NCBI GenBank assembly: GCA_033442325.1
Contig: JAWQFM010000044.1
Location: forward strand, 1 to 6,285
Reading direction: 5' to 3'
DNA length: 6,285 nt
From: Salpingoeca rosetta
Taxonomy: Eukaryota > Protista > Choanoflagellata
Shown here: one piece after another, positions 5,986 through 6,285 of the stretch
Numbering within the stretch: the stretch's first letter is position 1
Layout: every line of letters begins with the position of its first letter
The notes under the pieces: generated by a model
Databases searched by the model: none
The model's input: only the letters and a program-made list of their open reading frames with translations
What the model was told of the DNA's origin: nothing
Made by a program: the position numbers and the translations under genes

Positions 5986-6285
5986 CTCGTACGATCAGCA
6001 AAGATAGCGTAGTGAGGCCTATTTTGAGCGAAGCGTTTTGGGCCGAGCTTGTACCGGCGCGATGCTTTGGCTTCCGTCCCATCTTTTCGAGTAGCTCAAA
6101 CTGGTCGTGGGTCTGCACGTCGCCAATGTTGATACTCATGCTGGTCCTTTGGAGAATTGGGTGTGTGGGTGGTGTACTGCGTGTTTGGGTGAGATGTTGG
6201 TGCAGAGTGAGATGTTGTGTTTATCTGGGTTGTAGGCAACAAGAATGTGCGATCAGTGAAGACTTCTACACATTGTAACAGAGCG
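5986..6285 (-). repeat. Further array unit (spacer 5986-6126 plus LTR 3' part from 6127), increasingly degraded
   Basis: Colinear with 5411 to ~5725, with mismatch density rising towards the window end. Confidence 0.8.

Overview
Eukaryotic DNA with spliceosomal introns, CA/TG-rich non-coding sequence and GC-rich coding sequence; the style is reminiscent of a choanoflagellate such as Salpingoeca, which is an unverified inference. The window is almost entirely a nest of transposable elements. (1) A spliced PIF/Harbinger-superfamily (DDE_Tnp_4-type) transposase gene lies on the minus strand (7 exons, 1090-3217) with an intact D-D-E triad, but it is 5'-truncated by an LTR insertion. (2) A Ty1/copia LTR family 'A' (~430-440 bp, TGTTG...CAACA) occurs 7 times: a solo LTR with a perfect 5-bp TSD in a transposase intron, a 15-bp stub, the 5' LTR of a truncated gag-protease element (minus strand, 3622-5410), and tandem LTR+145-bp-spacer arrays at both window ends that form a >=850-bp inverted repeat. 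(3) A second LTR family 'B' (389 bp, TGTG...CACA) truncates the protease, and a 121-bp 3' fragment of it splits gag from pol. The most notable details are a PBS that matches the anticodon arm of ELONGATOR rather than initiator tRNA-Met, the R-U5-like fragment insertion, and repeated LTR insertion into one DNA-transposase locus. Most ORFs in the supplied track are spurious. The last ~340 bp look like a low-quality read end. I see no clear wholly new biological system; the findings are unusual features of TE biology.
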